Of a stretch of 64,000 nt of DNA, positions 8,277 to 18,212 are shown piece after piece. The position numbers and the translations under genes were made by a program. The notes under the pieces are model-generated. The model made no database searches. It was not told the DNA's origin and worked only from the letters and a program-made list of their open reading frames with translations. The stretch is from IMG/VR virus record IMGVR_UViG_3300045988_152178. One strand, written 5' to 3'. The number at the start of each line of letters is the position of its first letter. The stretch's first letter is position 1. This DNA is from a virus.

Positions 8277-8806
8277 TAAAACTTACTCATGAGCAGATAC
8301 AGAAGATAGCGGAAGGTATCAATGTTATTTGCTTCAAGCGCAACCCCAAGGAGTCGGATGAATATGTGCTTTTGGAATATCCAAGAGTAGATGTTTTTCA
8401 TCAGTCTTGCATTTGGAAAGACCCGTCTTTTGATTATGATCATCAGAAGGAAGTAAAGCAAACGTTCCTTTCTTTCGAGGCAGAACATGCCTATGGCGCA
8501 AAGGAATTGTTCAAGCCCAGTCTTGCCGAAGTTATTCAGGCAATGCCTCTTGATTTAATAGGAAAGGTGAATGCTTTTACTATCAAATATGATGGTTTTA
8601 CAGAGGACTATTCCAAGCATAAGAGCGTTGTGACTCCTTATCTTATTGGAAAGAAGCAAAAAGTTTCTATCCCTCATCTCAGCAAGGAAGAGGATAAGAA
8701 GCTGCACCCTTCATCATTGAGGATAGGCGACCTTGTGGGCACCGTCATTGATAAGTTCTGTCAGGTAAGTATTGACAACATCATTCCAGATACTCTCAAC
8801 CTTTAG
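8273..8806 (+). CDS. hypothetical protein
   Basis: The ORF track starts at 8258. The internal ATG at 8273 gives an ATGA overlap with the upstream stop. Confidence 0.6.
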   Translation: MIKLTHEQIQKIAEGINVICFKRNPKESDEYVLLEYPRVDVFHQSCIWKDPSFDYDHQKEVKQTFLSFEAEHAYGAKELFKPSLAEVIQAMPLDLIGKVNAFTIKYDGFTEDYSKHKSVVTPYLIGKKQKVSIPHLSKEEDKKLHPSSLRIGDLVGTVIDKFCQVSIDNIIPDTLNL

Positions 8807-8940
8807 TCCGTGTACGAGGGTCCGATAGGTGACGCTCTCGCGATATGCCTGAATGCGCATTTCCGCCCGATAGAGATTGTCGCGGATTATGAGGATAGGA
8901 TACATTTAATCGTTAACTAAGCATTCTAAAGCAATAGACC

Positions 8941-9537
8941 ATGTTTGAAATATACGTTAAAATGAAGAAGAAAAAGTGCTGGAAGCTTGCTATAGAGGTT
9001 CCAAACGCTTGGGGTGGAATGCCTCACCTTTGGATGTATTTGGAAAAGAAATACCTTCCATCTTACGTACCGGTAGGAGCTGATGGGAAACCGCTGGATT
9101 TGGAATGGGTGAAGGAAAAACAGGCAAAAGGTGAATATGCAAGTCGATGGTTCTATGCTTCATCCAGAAAGGAGATCGAGGACCTACAGAAAGATTTCCG
9201 CTTAACTTATGAGGAAATGATGGTATTTAGATCTACCTTTGATTTTGCAAAGGTTTTAGGCGAGGATATACCAGTTTACCTTGAATGCTTAAAGGTTGTC
9301 GCTGATGAGTGTGGAGGTATATATCCACAACAATACAAAAAACTGAGTGCCTTTATTAAGGCTCACAGCATAAATGATATAGAGGTGATCGCTTTCAACC
9401 AGACAAGCGTAAACTGCGCCTGTGATTTCTTTGGCAACAGATACAATGAGCCAGCAGATAACTTCTGGGACTGTATGTGTCCAAAGGATTTTTATGACAA
9501 TCTTAGAAAAGATTGTGATACTAAAGACGCATTTTAA
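8941..9537 (+). CDS. hypothetical protein
   Basis: 198-aa ORF. Confidence 0.65.
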   Translation: MFEIYVKMKKKKCWKLAIEVPNAWGGMPHLWMYLEKKYLPSYVPVGADGKPLDLEWVKEKQAKGEYASRWFYASSRKEIEDLQKDFRLTYEEMMVFRSTFDFAKVLGEDIPVYLECLKVVADECGGIYPQQYKKLSAFIKAHSINDIEVIAFNQTSVNCACDFFGNRYNEPADNFWDCMCPKDFYDNLRKDCDTKDAF

Positions 9538-9561
9538 TGATTTTAAATAGATATAAAATTT

Positions 9562-10776
9562 ATGAGTTTATACACAAAAGAAGAAAAGAAAAAATCCCTT
9601 TGGCATCCTATTACCGATGAGGATTTCAACATTGATTTCAGTAAGCCGTTTGTCGTTTGCGCGGAAGATATGTCTCTCTTTATCGTAGATGGTTTGCAGG
9701 ATTTGTATGAGAACTACATGGACCAAGAACAATTCTTCGATTTCAAGGCGCAAACCTTGTCTGAAGAAGGAAAAGAATATTTCCGAGATAATTACTTCGG
9801 CTATATGTATCTCGATGAAGATTTCTACAAGGCAATAGAATGGGCAAAGGGAAAGTACCTCGAAGACGTAAAAGGTGAACAAGAGAGACCAGTATTGTTC
9901 GCTATGGATAAATATGGACCAAAGGTGTTTGATCATTTCGGTTTCGAGATGAATGGTATTCCCTTATACGAAGGAACTCCTGAGATGAGCAGAGAGTTTG
10001 CTGCAAGTCATCCTGGGTTATATGATGTAGAGTATATCGTTAACTTAAATCGGGTTCCTGCAACCTCCCTCTATGCCCTATTTGTGGCTCCTCTTGATGA
10101 GCCTAAAATCGCTTATGTGGTAACATCGGGTAAGTATAGCGATTACCACGTCGATGGAGTGTTTTCTGATAAACAGAAAGCAAATTCGTTTGTTAACAAA
10201 GCCTATGATAGGGCTATTGAACGATATAATATTGATGACGAGGAGCAGCTTCGAGAGGAAAACTGGTACGGAATTGATGTTTTTATAAGTAAATCCTCAA
10301 AAGTCAAGAGCGTTCTTGTTAACGATTTATGCAAGTCTGATAGGTATTTCGATGCGGTAAGTTTTACGCTTAGAGAAGGTGCAGGTGATTGTTTTTCATT
10401 TTATCTGAAAGCTCTCAATCGCGACAAGGCAAAAGCAATAGCTTTAGAGCGTTTCCATGCTCTCTTGGCAGTAGAATCTTCTCATTTCCATATGTTAAGA
10501 TGGACGCGTGTTAGAACACCTTATTGCAGTTCTGATGGTTTCCAGGAAGGTCTCGTATTTGGGTATTTCGATTATAAGGCTTATCTAAGTAAGAGGACGG
10601 AGCGAGTACAAGACCTGTTTATGAAGATCAAAGATTCCTTACCTATTCCATTAACTGACGAGGACGAGGATCATATCGACTGGCAAAATCTTACAGAGTC
10701 CGTTTGTCTGCAGCTTATGGATAGTCATGGCTTAAAGGTAGAAATGAAAGAAGATTTGCCTATGGTGTTTATGTGA
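9562..10776 (+). CDS. hypothetical protein
   Basis: 404-aa ORF. No motif recognised. Confidence 0.7.
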   Translation: MSLYTKEEKKKSLWHPITDEDFNIDFSKPFVVCAEDMSLFIVDGLQDLYENYMDQEQFFDFKAQTLSEEGKEYFRDNYFGYMYLDEDFYKAIEWAKGKYLEDVKGEQERPVLFAMDKYGPKVFDHFGFEMNGIPLYEGTPEMSREFAASHPGLYDVEYIVNLNRVPATSLYALFVAPLDEPKIAYVVTSGKYSDYHVDGVFSDKQKANSFVNKAYDRAIERYNIDDEEQLREENWYGIDVFISKSSKVKSVLVNDLCKSDRYFDAVSFTLREGAGDCFSFYLKALNRDKAKAIALERFHALLAVESSHFHMLRWTRVRTPYCSSDGFQEGLVFGYFDYKAYLSKRTERVQDLFMKIKDSLPIPLTDEDEDHIDWQNLTESVCLQLMDSHGLKVEMKEDLPMVFM

Positions 10777-10810
10777 TTAGCAAGTAGTCTCTATAATTTA
10801 TAGAAAAGAT

Positions 10811-11173
10811 ATGATGATACAAATTCAAAATTGGGAGTCATCCCAAAAGATTATTATCGTGGATGAAATCAACCATGGTACCGTACAGGTGGAGATACCA
10901 AAGCCTGGACCATACAAGGATGAGTATTACCAGTATGCCGATTGCGCTATCTACAACCTTTGGGTAGATGAAAAATACCGCAAGCGGGGAACGGCTTGCC
11001 TCCTGATGGAGACCGCAGAGCGGGAAGCCAAGAAACTTGGCTGCAAATTAGTGCAACTGGAGTGGAACGATAAAGATACCGAGGTTTTCGTTCTCGAATG
11101 GTATAAACGCCTTGGCTATCATGTAAAGGCATTGAACGAAAACGATCGGCTGTTGCTGGTAAAGGAAATTTAA
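10811..11173 (+). CDS. GNAT-family N-acetyltransferase
   Basis: Motif A-like LWVDEKYRKRGTACLLMETAEREAKKLG. 120 aa. Confidence 0.7.
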   Translation: MMIQIQNWESSQKIIIVDEINHGTVQVEIPKPGPYKDEYYQYADCAIYNLWVDEKYRKRGTACLLMETAEREAKKLGCKLVQLEWNDKDTEVFVLEWYKRLGYHVKALNENDRLLLVKEI

Positions 11174-11178
11174 AATCC

Positions 11179-11215
11179 TTTGTCCTCACCATTTAATATT
11201 AAATTATTAACTTTG
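11179..11215 (+). promoter_or_regulatory. promoter, TTTGTCC-N-TAnnTTTG family
   Basis: TTTGTCCTC, 25-nt gap, TAACTTTG. 19 nt upstream of ATG 11234. Confidence 0.45.
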
Positions 11216-11233
11216 CAAACAGAAAATAAGAAT

Positions 11234-11776
11234 ATGAATGAAACAGAAAAGCAGATGATGCTGCAACTGATGAATGAGTTTTACTCGTTTATGGAAGGCT
11301 CTGCCGGTAAAATGAACTTTGAAAATAATACCCTATGGGAAGAGATTGTAAACCTCGACCAGGAATGTGGTAATTATCGAGAAGTTGTAGTGGAAATCTA
11401 TTTCACTGATGGAAGGTATATTCAACTGCATAACCACAGTTTTGAGTCACTTATCAATAATAGATATTGTGGTGACGATATTCAGCTAATTCCAGACGAG
11501 AATGGACAACGTTTCCTTTCGATGGGAGGATTGGGAACATGTACTTATGAAGTTTATGTTCCGATGGTTAGCGTCAGTTATGATGATCCTGAAATGGGGC
11601 AAACGTTAACCAGTTTCCCTATCTCCTCCGTTTATCGCATATCCCACAGTACCAAAAAGGTGAAGTGGTGCGAGAAGTGGAGAAAGTTAAGTCCGGAAGA
11701 TATGAAGTTGCATGAGACTATCTTTCGGAACTTTCGGGAAAAGTATCTCAGTGAGCAGGCTGAAAAGAAGAAATAG
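11234..11776 (+). CDS. hypothetical protein
   Basis: The ORF track starts at TTG 11180. The first ATG at 11234 lies 19 nt downstream of a TAACTTTG -7 box. Confidence 0.6.
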   Translation: MNETEKQMMLQLMNEFYSFMEGSAGKMNFENNTLWEEIVNLDQECGNYREVVVEIYFTDGRYIQLHNHSFESLINNRYCGDDIQLIPDENGQRFLSMGGLGTCTYEVYVPMVSVSYDDPEMGQTLTSFPISSVYRISHSTKKVKWCEKWRKLSPEDMKLHETIFRNFREKYLSEQAEKKK

Positions 11777-11957
11777 TCTTGTAGTGTTTTCTCAATATCT
11801 ACTTAATGTTTTTATTTATAGTAGTTTTAATTTTATGGTTAAACAGAATTTAAGGAACTCCTTCGTTGTGAAACGCGGGAATCTTTGTTTTTCTTCATAA
11901 GTTCTCATGTATTGAAATATACAGATAGATAATACCAATTTCATTACTGTTGAGGAA

Positions 11958-11997
11958 GAGGGGCGGGTGTCGCGATGACACCCGCCCCTCGTTTTTT
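11958..11997 (+). terminator. intrinsic terminator between convergent modules
   Basis: Perfect 14-bp GC-rich stem GAGGGGCGGGTGTC / GACACCCGCCCCTC, 5-nt loop, then G plus a T6 run. Confidence 0.8.
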
Positions 11998-12021
11998 ACC
12001 TTTTTACTTTTTAACCCTTTA

Positions 12022-14022
12022 TTACACGTTCCTTCCGTCCGGCAGTACGAACCAACCGATATTGCCTCGCCAGAATTTGCATCCTAAATATAGAGAGTCA
12101 AAGGCATCGGTAAAGTCAGTTCTTTGCTGCAATGGCAGATTTTCTTCCGTTTCCGGCTTTTTCTCCTGACTCTTATCCTTTCGGAATCCCTGATAGCCGA
12201 TACTTACCTCACAAAGCTGCATGGCAATAATCAGGTCGGGATTGTTAAGCTGATTGATGCGGATGGCGGGATATTCTATGCCGGCAAGACCATTATTGAT
12301 GATGCGGTGCTTCACCTCATGCTTCTCTGGCACACCCATATCTATCGCCGTCACATTCCAACCATTGCGCTCCAGTTCTTTGATAACTGCCTGATAGAAT
12401 CGCTCATCTGTCAGCGCATACGAGGCACCCTGTTTTGCCGTAGCGTCATAGAAGTAAACCACATCACGGTTTACGGCTCTCTTTGGCGCATAATAGCGAG
12501 AAAAATCATCTATCAACTCCCTCAGCTTGCGCTCGTTCTTCACATAGAAGCTCTTGATAACATTGACTGCCTCCACTCCGTCACGTTGATATACCTGACC
12601 TACCACCAACGTATTGATGTTGGCGTTATAGTCAAATGCGAGATAGAGAGGAAGGTCGTTCACGCAGTCAGCATCCATACGGCAGTCGTTTCTTTCGGAT
12701 AGCTCCTTCAAGTCCGGCTGATAGCTTTCTGAAGTAATCTTCTTGCCACCGATAATGCCCGTAGCCTTTTCTGTGCGGAAATTAGCCTGAGATAGCGGGT
12801 CAATCTCATCGGGGATATAACCATGCACATGATCTATATCCAGGTTAGAATAGAAGCCATCGTTCGATTTCTTAATTTTTACGTTCAATATCGAGACCAT
12901 GAACGTATAGGGTGGAAGATCACGCTTCATCTGTCGGATATACTCCTCACCCAGAACGTCCACATTCGAAAGGGTAGATGCTCTTCTTACCACGAAAGCG
13001 GAGCGCCTTAACTCTCTCAGATACCCGTCCTGAAACTTTTTGGAACGCAGGAACATCTGCATCTCAAAATCTTCCTCCGGCGTAATCAGATATTCGTAAT
13101 CATAGATGAGTTCGGCATCCTCGGCAGTAACTAACTTGTAGTTCACTGCCATATCCACCATGTTTTTGGTGATTTTCTTACCATGGTTAGGCAGAATACG
13201 GAACATACCTTCATGCTTCAGCATTTTCAGCGCCACGGCACGGATCATTGTCTTTACCTCTGCTGGTACTACGTGAGGCGTGTGCCTCGTCTTCTTGGCA
13301 TTATAGAGCAGGTCGTTATATCTGATTACCTTGTCGGCATAGTCTTCCAGCTCGCCCTGCACCCATCGGTAGGTCTTGCCCTTAAACTTACCCGTCTCTA
13401 TTTCCAAGTCTAACTTTTCGTCCTCACGCTCCAGCCATGAGCCTTTTGCCGTGAGCGAGGCATCACTCACGAAACGGGTAGAGCGATAGAGAGGGTTGTA
13501 GTCAGAAAAGTTGATGTCGCCCAGCGGGTGTGTCTGTCCTGATAATGCCGGCATCAACTCCTCATCCACCTTCTTTTTCGGGAAGAACCTGCACTCATCC
13601 CCCACACATGCACTAAAAGTGTAACTGTTGGCACTTGCCGTCTGTGAGAGAGAAATCAATGCCCATTGTGCGCCATTGGCAAACCAGATGATGTTTTCAT
13701 AGCTTTTCGGTTTGAAGATAGAAGGGCGCACATGCTTGGGTGGTCGCCCCCAACCCATGTGAATGCCTATCTGAAAACCGAACATTCGCTCCATTGCCGC
13801 CATGGTACCCGGTATGGTTTTCGAGAAGCCCTGTTGTCGTGATACGGCTACCCATGCGCCCAGCATACCCGGCATGGAGTTGCTGGTCATCCATACGTAG
13901 GGTGCTACAAGACCATCGGTCTTTCCTGTGCGTCGAGCTGCAATATCTCTCTCGTCTCGCGCACCCATATATAGCGATTGTTGCTGAAATCGTGTTAAGT
14001 AAATCTGATGTGGTTGCTGCAT
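12022..14022 (-). CDS. terL: terminase large subunit
   Basis: Walker A-like AARRTGKTDG, Walker B-like CVGDECRF, 667 aa. Start moved to the internal ATG at 14022 to remove the overlap with the upstream gene. Confidence 0.7.
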   Translation of the reverse strand: MQQPHQIYLTRFQQQSLYMGARDERDIAARRTGKTDGLVAPYVWMTSNSMPGMLGAWVAVSRQQGFSKTIPGTMAAMERMFGFQIGIHMGWGRPPKHVRPSIFKPKSYENIIWFANGAQWALISLSQTASANSYTFSACVGDECRFFPKKKVDEELMPALSGQTHPLGDINFSDYNPLYRSTRFVSDASLTAKGSWLEREDEKLDLEIETGKFKGKTYRWVQGELEDYADKVIRYNDLLYNAKKTRHTPHVVPAEVKTMIRAVALKMLKHEGMFRILPNHGKKITKNMVDMAVNYKLVTAEDAELIYDYEYLITPEEDFEMQMFLRSKKFQDGYLRELRRSAFVVRRASTLSNVDVLGEEYIRQMKRDLPPYTFMVSILNVKIKKSNDGFYSNLDIDHVHGYIPDEIDPLSQANFRTEKATGIIGGKKITSESYQPDLKELSERNDCRMDADCVNDLPLYLAFDYNANINTLVVGQVYQRDGVEAVNVIKSFYVKNERKLRELIDDFSRYYAPKRAVNRDVVYFYDATAKQGASYALTDERFYQAVIKELERNGWNVTAIDMGVPEKHEVKHRIINNGLAGIEYPAIRINQLNNPDLIIAMQLCEVSIGYQGFRKDKSQEKKPETEENLPLQQRTDFTDAFDSLYLGCKFWRGNIGWFVLPDGRNV

Positions 14023-14057
14023 AATAGTAAAATTGTTATCCTGAATGTATGTTGATT

Positions 14058-14825
14058 TCAAAACAGAGAAGGCTGCGCCATTTCGAGCTGAATGCGTTTG
14101 CAAGCCTTGTCGTAATATTCTTTGTTCAGTTCAAAGCCGATAAAGTTGCGTTTTTCACGGATTGCTGCGATGGCAGTAGTGCCGCTGCCCATGCAGTTGT
14201 CTAAGATAGTGTCGCCCTCGTTGGAGTATGTACGGATAAGATACTGGATAAGGGCGACTGGCTTTTGGGTGGGGTGCATATCGAGATGTTTTTCTTTCTC
14301 GAAATAAAGCACCGAGATGGGATATTTTTCGGTTGTTACTTCTTTTGAATAAGTCTCAATACTATAGCTGCCATAGCAAGTATTACCTTTCACCTTTCCA
14401 TGTTTGCGGCCTCTTGAATGAGAAGGAAATCCTTGTCGCATTTGAGGATTATATGTAGGCAAAGCCCGATAGAAGACTGCAATATCCTCATGACTTCTCA
14501 TAGGCATCTTCTTTGCGTTCAGAAACCCCGTAGGTCGGTCTTTCTGCCAAATCAGATTATACCGCCAATTTTTAGGCTCTGCCATCATCAGTTGAGCCGT
14601 AAACATTCCTTGACAGAAAAGGATGATGGGAGCGTTAACTTTCGCTATACGCCAATACTCTTTGAAAAGAGGTTCGATAGGAATAATATTATCCCATTGA
14701 GCTTTTTCATTACCTCGGTTCAGAACCTCATAAGGCAAATCGCAGATAATGCAATCCACGCTTGCGTCCGGAATCTTTTTCATTCCTATCAGGCAATCCT
14801 CATTATAAATCTTATTTAACTCCAT
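14058..14825 (-). CDS. DNA methyltransferase (N6-adenine/N4-cytosine, beta-class order)
   Basis: The catalytic DPPY-like motif IICDLPYE precedes the SAM-binding motif ILDNCMGSGTT. Confidence 0.8.
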   Translation of the reverse strand: MELNKIYNEDCLIGMKKIPDASVDCIICDLPYEVLNRGNEKAQWDNIIPIEPLFKEYWRIAKVNAPIILFCQGMFTAQLMMAEPKNWRYNLIWQKDRPTGFLNAKKMPMRSHEDIAVFYRALPTYNPQMRQGFPSHSRGRKHGKVKGNTCYGSYSIETYSKEVTTEKYPISVLYFEKEKHLDMHPTQKPVALIQYLIRTYSNEGDTILDNCMGSGTTAIAAIREKRNFIGFELNKEYYDKACKRIQLEMAQPSLF

Positions 14826-14845
14826 CCTCTATAACTCTATTTTTA

Positions 14846-15442
14846 TCAATTAAACCATTTTAGAATAGTTTCTCCTTTATATCCTTTTTCCCAGATAAAC
14901 CAGGCATAAGCTGCTGCGCTACTAGCCATTGCATTGAAATCGCCATTGGCAGCACATTTCAGTCGTGAACTGCTTACCCATACCCTGCATGGTGGCTGCG
15001 TTTGAAATAACCTGCGTCTTCCTTTCCCTTCAAGAAAAGTAAGTTTCAGGAACATAGCAACCTTTCTTCCTTCCGGAATAATCTGCAAAGCCTTTTCCAC
15101 GAAATCCAAGGCATATCGGTAGGGTGGATTGGTGACAATATCTCCGTTCCATTCTAAGTTGTCGATAGATAGAAAATCGGCTACCTCGCCATAACCTCTA
15201 TCTATCAAATCACGACTGACTACATCGTAGCCGTGAGCTTTCAACACTTCGCTAATATGCCCTTCGCCACAAGAGGGTTCCAAAATTACCCCCCCGGTAA
15301 ACTGTTCTATCTTGCATAGCCATTCCGTAGCAGCAGGTTCCGTGGCATAGTAGTCTTCTTTTTGGCGCTCACCATTTTTGTGATTGCTTGCACCCAATGT
15401 CTTAAATACGGCAGCATTGCCGCCTACCCAGTCTTTTGCCAT
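14846..15442 (-). CDS. N6-adenine DNA methyltransferase (NPPY type)
   Basis: SAM motif ILEPSCGEGH followed by IVTNPPY. Confidence 0.8.
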   Translation of the reverse strand: MAKDWVGGNAAVFKTLGASNHKNGERQKEDYYATEPAATEWLCKIEQFTGGVILEPSCGEGHISEVLKAHGYDVVSRDLIDRGYGEVADFLSIDNLEWNGDIVTNPPYRYALDFVEKALQIIPEGRKVAMFLKLTFLEGKGRRRLFQTQPPCRVWVSSSRLKCAANGDFNAMASSAAAYAWFIWEKGYKGETILKWFN

Positions 15443-15465
15443 ATTTTGATATAATTTCTAATTTC

Positions 15466-15702
15466 TCATTTCTCCTTTACCCTCCCCACATGCCATTTCT
15501 GGCAAGTCTTGCACTGATACGCTACATACCCTTGCGCCTTCAGTTCTGGTTTTTGGTTCAGAAACTCCCAGGCGGCATCTTCTGTTTCGTATGTCACCTT
15601 CGCCTTCCAGGTATGCTGCTTTCGGGTGTAATGTTCTGGGTCCGGAGTAAAGGGAGGAACCTTGTTGTGGTAGTGATGATCACCATTGCGCTTACTCATC
15701 AT
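15466..15702 (-). CDS. small protein with C-terminal CxxC (78 aa)
   Basis: Start trimmed to the ATGATG overlapping the upstream stop (GATGATGAGTAA). YQCKTCQKWH. Confidence 0.5.
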   Translation of the reverse strand: MMSKRNGDHHYHNKVPPFTPDPEHYTRKQHTWKAKVTYETEDAAWEFLNQKPELKAQGYVAYQCKTCQKWHVGRVKEK

Positions 15703-16504
15703 CGCCTCCTTCCTTTTCGGTATCACCTTCTTCTTCCGGAATTTCCATTTCACCTTCCTTCTTCTCAGCACGATCATCCAGCACCTCTTCCATATACTCC
15801 ATATAGTCAGGTACCTTTTCATTATGCTCCTGCAGACTTTCCTCTTCGGCAATATCCTGCATATCTTTTGCGGTAAGACCATACTTGCGAGCCATCTTCT
15901 TCTTGTACTCATCGGTATAGTTCACCCTATCACGCTTCACGATGCTCACATCTTGCGTAATGGCAATGCGGCTCATATCCGGCATTTCCTCAGTAGCATC
16001 CTTCTCTTCCAGGAAGTTGCCATAAACGTTAGCCAATGCCTGCATACCCTTATCCACCGCACGGTCGTTGTTCTGCTGCTTGCCTGTACGGATAAGCCAC
16101 TCAGCAGAGTTCAGATACATCGCCTTGTGACGAGGGCTTTCATCGGTCATAAAGAAGCGGATGATGTGGTTGCAGACTGCCACATCATTTGTCAGCTCGG
16201 TAATGGTACGAGGTCTGATATTGCCTTCTTCGTCAATATCAATATGCAGCGCCATTACCATTTCTTGTGCTTCCTTCACACCTCTGCCTGCCTGCTCCAT
16301 AAACAGCGCATAGTCGCGCCTTGCTATGTTGCGGCAGGTAGTCTTGGGGTCTATATCGTTGTTCTGTACCCAGCGTTTATAGAACTCGTAGCAGAGCTGC
16401 ATCCGATACTTCTGTTCCAGTTTCGGAAACATCGTGTCGATGCTCAGCCCATTTGATAGCCACTTGTCTATTCTTTGCAGGGTATTCTGCGTAAGTTGAC
16501 TCAT
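15692..16504 (-). CDS. hypothetical protein with acidic tail (small terminase candidate by position only)
   Basis: 270-aa ORF upstream of terL in the same operon. No motif recognised. Confidence 0.6.
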   Translation of the reverse strand: MSQLTQNTLQRIDKWLSNGLSIDTMFPKLEQKYRMQLCYEFYKRWVQNNDIDPKTTCRNIARRDYALFMEQAGRGVKEAQEMVMALHIDIDEEGNIRPRTITELTNDVAVCNHIIRFFMTDESPRHKAMYLNSAEWLIRTGKQQNNDRAVDKGMQALANVYGNFLEEKDATEEMPDMSRIAITQDVSIVKRDRVNYTDEYKKKMARKYGLTAKDMQDIAEEESLQEHNEKVPDYMEYMEEVLDDRAEKKEGEMEIPEEEGDTEKEGGDDE

Positions 16505-16522
16505 TATCTAAAATGTTATGTG

Positions 16523-17373
16523 TTACAATGTTAAATCAATACCAAACTGACCTTCTAGGAACTTCTTGAAATCCGGTTTACCGAATAGCGTGCCGTTCGC
16601 CTTTTCCCAATCTTTATTGTTGGCATAGAATACATCACGCGTAAACCATTCGTAAATGTTATCGTATCTGCTTATTGCTGGCGAGTCAGGATGTGTATCT
16701 AAAAATTTCTGTCCGGCACGCAGATAAGCCTTGGCTATGCGGGGATGCTTCTGAAACTCGATAAGGCGTTTGTGTCTTGAAGCCAGCGGGCAGCACATAC
16801 AGCCGAGTCTTCGGGTAACGTCGATTTGCCCCCCGTATCATAATATACTGGTGCCAGCTTCAATCCTCTGTCGAGAATGAAATCCCTTACGTCTTCATTA
16901 GTCCACTCTAAGATAGGGTAAATCTGCTCCACATGGTTCTCTTCTTTCTTTGCACCAAAATATCGGCACTCGGTAGGCTCATTATATCTTTCCTTTCTTG
17001 CTCTGCTTTCTTCTTTGCGCACACCGATAACGGTTTTATCGAGGATTTTATATTCCTTCAGAACCTCACAGCAGAAACGACTGAAGCGATTAGGGAACCC
17101 TTTCTTTGCGACAAGCTGAAAGAAATTCTCTTTAGGTCTGATAATTTCCACACCCATCTCCTTCACGTGGGCGATAGTGCCCGGTGGGTCGATGGTGGTG
17201 TTCTTGTATATCGCCCGATACTTGATACCGGCTTCCTTAGCGAGTTGAAGAATCACATCACTATCTTTACCGCCCGAATAAGCCAGTTCTATATCTCCAT
17301 CGTACCTTTTCTGTACGCTTTGCAGGAGACGGATAGACTGCTCTATCTTTTTCTGTAATTGCTCGTTTATCAT
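16523..17373 (-). pseudogene. PAPS reductase / PP-loop family gene split by a frame break in a G6 tract
   Basis: N-terminal ORF 16735..17373 has the PP-loop SGGKDSDV. The family motif RLGCMCCPLAS is in the -1 frame (ORF 16523..16798). The frames meet at C6/G6 16829..16834. Confidence 0.7.
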
Positions 17374-17404
17374 TTTGCGCCTTTTTATTTATTTTATCTG
17401 CCCA

Positions 17405-17412
17405 CAAAATTA
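17405..17412 (-). promoter_or_regulatory. -7 box for the minus-strand packaging/modification operon
   Basis: The reverse complement reads TAATTTTG, about 32 nt upstream of ATG 17373. Confidence 0.35.
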
Positions 17413-17446
17413 CGAAATCGCCCCTAAATGGTTGGGACAAAAGTTT

Positions 17447-17483
17447 TTTGTCCCCATCGTAGGGCAAAAATATTCTACCTTTG
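17447..17483 (+). promoter_or_regulatory. promoter, TTTGTCCCC-N-TAnnTTTG family
   Basis: TTTGTCCCCA, 25-nt gap, TACCTTTG, upstream of the holin-like gene. Confidence 0.5.
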
Positions 17484-17527
17484 CATAGTATTAAAAAACA
17501 TAGGATAACATTAAAAAGAAAAAAGAA

Positions 17528-18148
17528 ATGCAAAGTTTAATTCCAACCCTTACCAGGTTTCTTGCAGCCATTATCGGCTTAGTGTGGTGCACACTGGAAC
17601 CATCTCTTAACTACATTGCCGTATGCTTCTTCGCTCTTGTCTGCGACTGCTACACGGCATGGCGCTGCAACTGCCGCATCTATTCTCGCTATCGTGAGGC
17701 TATCAAGAAAGACCCTCGATGCAAAATTGACGGGAAACTGAAATCTAAGAAAATGGCAAAGATGGTGAAGGATTTCTCCGTCCTCATCCTTGCGATATTC
17801 TTAGCTACGATGGTAGATACCGTGATACTCGATTTCCAAAATCCTCTCCATCTCGCTAATTATCTTGCCGCCATCTATTGTGGTGTGCAGCTCGTAAGTA
17901 TTCTCGAAAACGAGAGTACCTGTAATGGGGCACCCTGGGCAAGAGTGATGCAGAAGATTGTAGCCGATAAAACCGAAAGGCACTTCAATGTAAAGCTGAA
18001 AGACTTGATGAAGGAAGAAGAGGAGGAAACTCCATCGGCTGAGAAGAAAGATGAAGTAGAGGCAACTCCGGAAGATGACAAGAAGAAAGAAAATGATAAT
18101 GACGATTGGATTCCGCAGAAACCTGCAGACCCGGTAATGGGCATGTAA
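17528..18148 (+). CDS. holin-like membrane protein with acidic C-terminal tail
   Basis: Multiple TM segments. GVQLVSILENESTCNG resembles the phage holin 4_1 family signature. Confidence 0.5.
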   Translation: MQSLIPTLTRFLAAIIGLVWCTLEPSLNYIAVCFFALVCDCYTAWRCNCRIYSRYREAIKKDPRCKIDGKLKSKKMAKMVKDFSVLILAIFLATMVDTVILDFQNPLHLANYLAAIYCGVQLVSILENESTCNGAPWARVMQKIVADKTERHFNVKLKDLMKEEEEETPSAEKKDEVEATPEDDKKKENDNDDWIPQKPADPVMGM

Positions 18149-18212
18149 TGTGCCAATATCTCTTAATTTCTGTACGCTATCAGTTAATAATGTGTTAAAA
18201 TCTCTTTGAATT

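Noticed and set aside
8714-8905. 63-aa minus-strand ORF in the 8807-8940 gap, which looks locally GC-richer
   Set aside because: Half of it overlaps the 3' end of a plus-strand gene. It has no promoter motif and no recognisable domain, so it is too weak to call. The gap itself remains unexplained.
11777-12021. tRNA or other structured RNA genes in the larger intergenic gaps (also 33088-33385, 37135-37497, 44157-44346, 47370-47502)
   Set aside because: I found no GTTCGAATC/GTTCAAATC-type T-loop or cloverleaf arrangement by eye. The gaps are explained by promoters, terminators, repeats and 5' leaders. A tRNAscan-SE or Infernal run would be decisive.
12124-12702. 192-aa plus-strand ORF, and 15686..16456, 16933..17358 and 14418..14819 plus-strand ORFs
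   Set aside because: All are antisense to motif-supported minus-strand genes (terminase, hypothetical operon member, PAPS reductase, methyltransferase).
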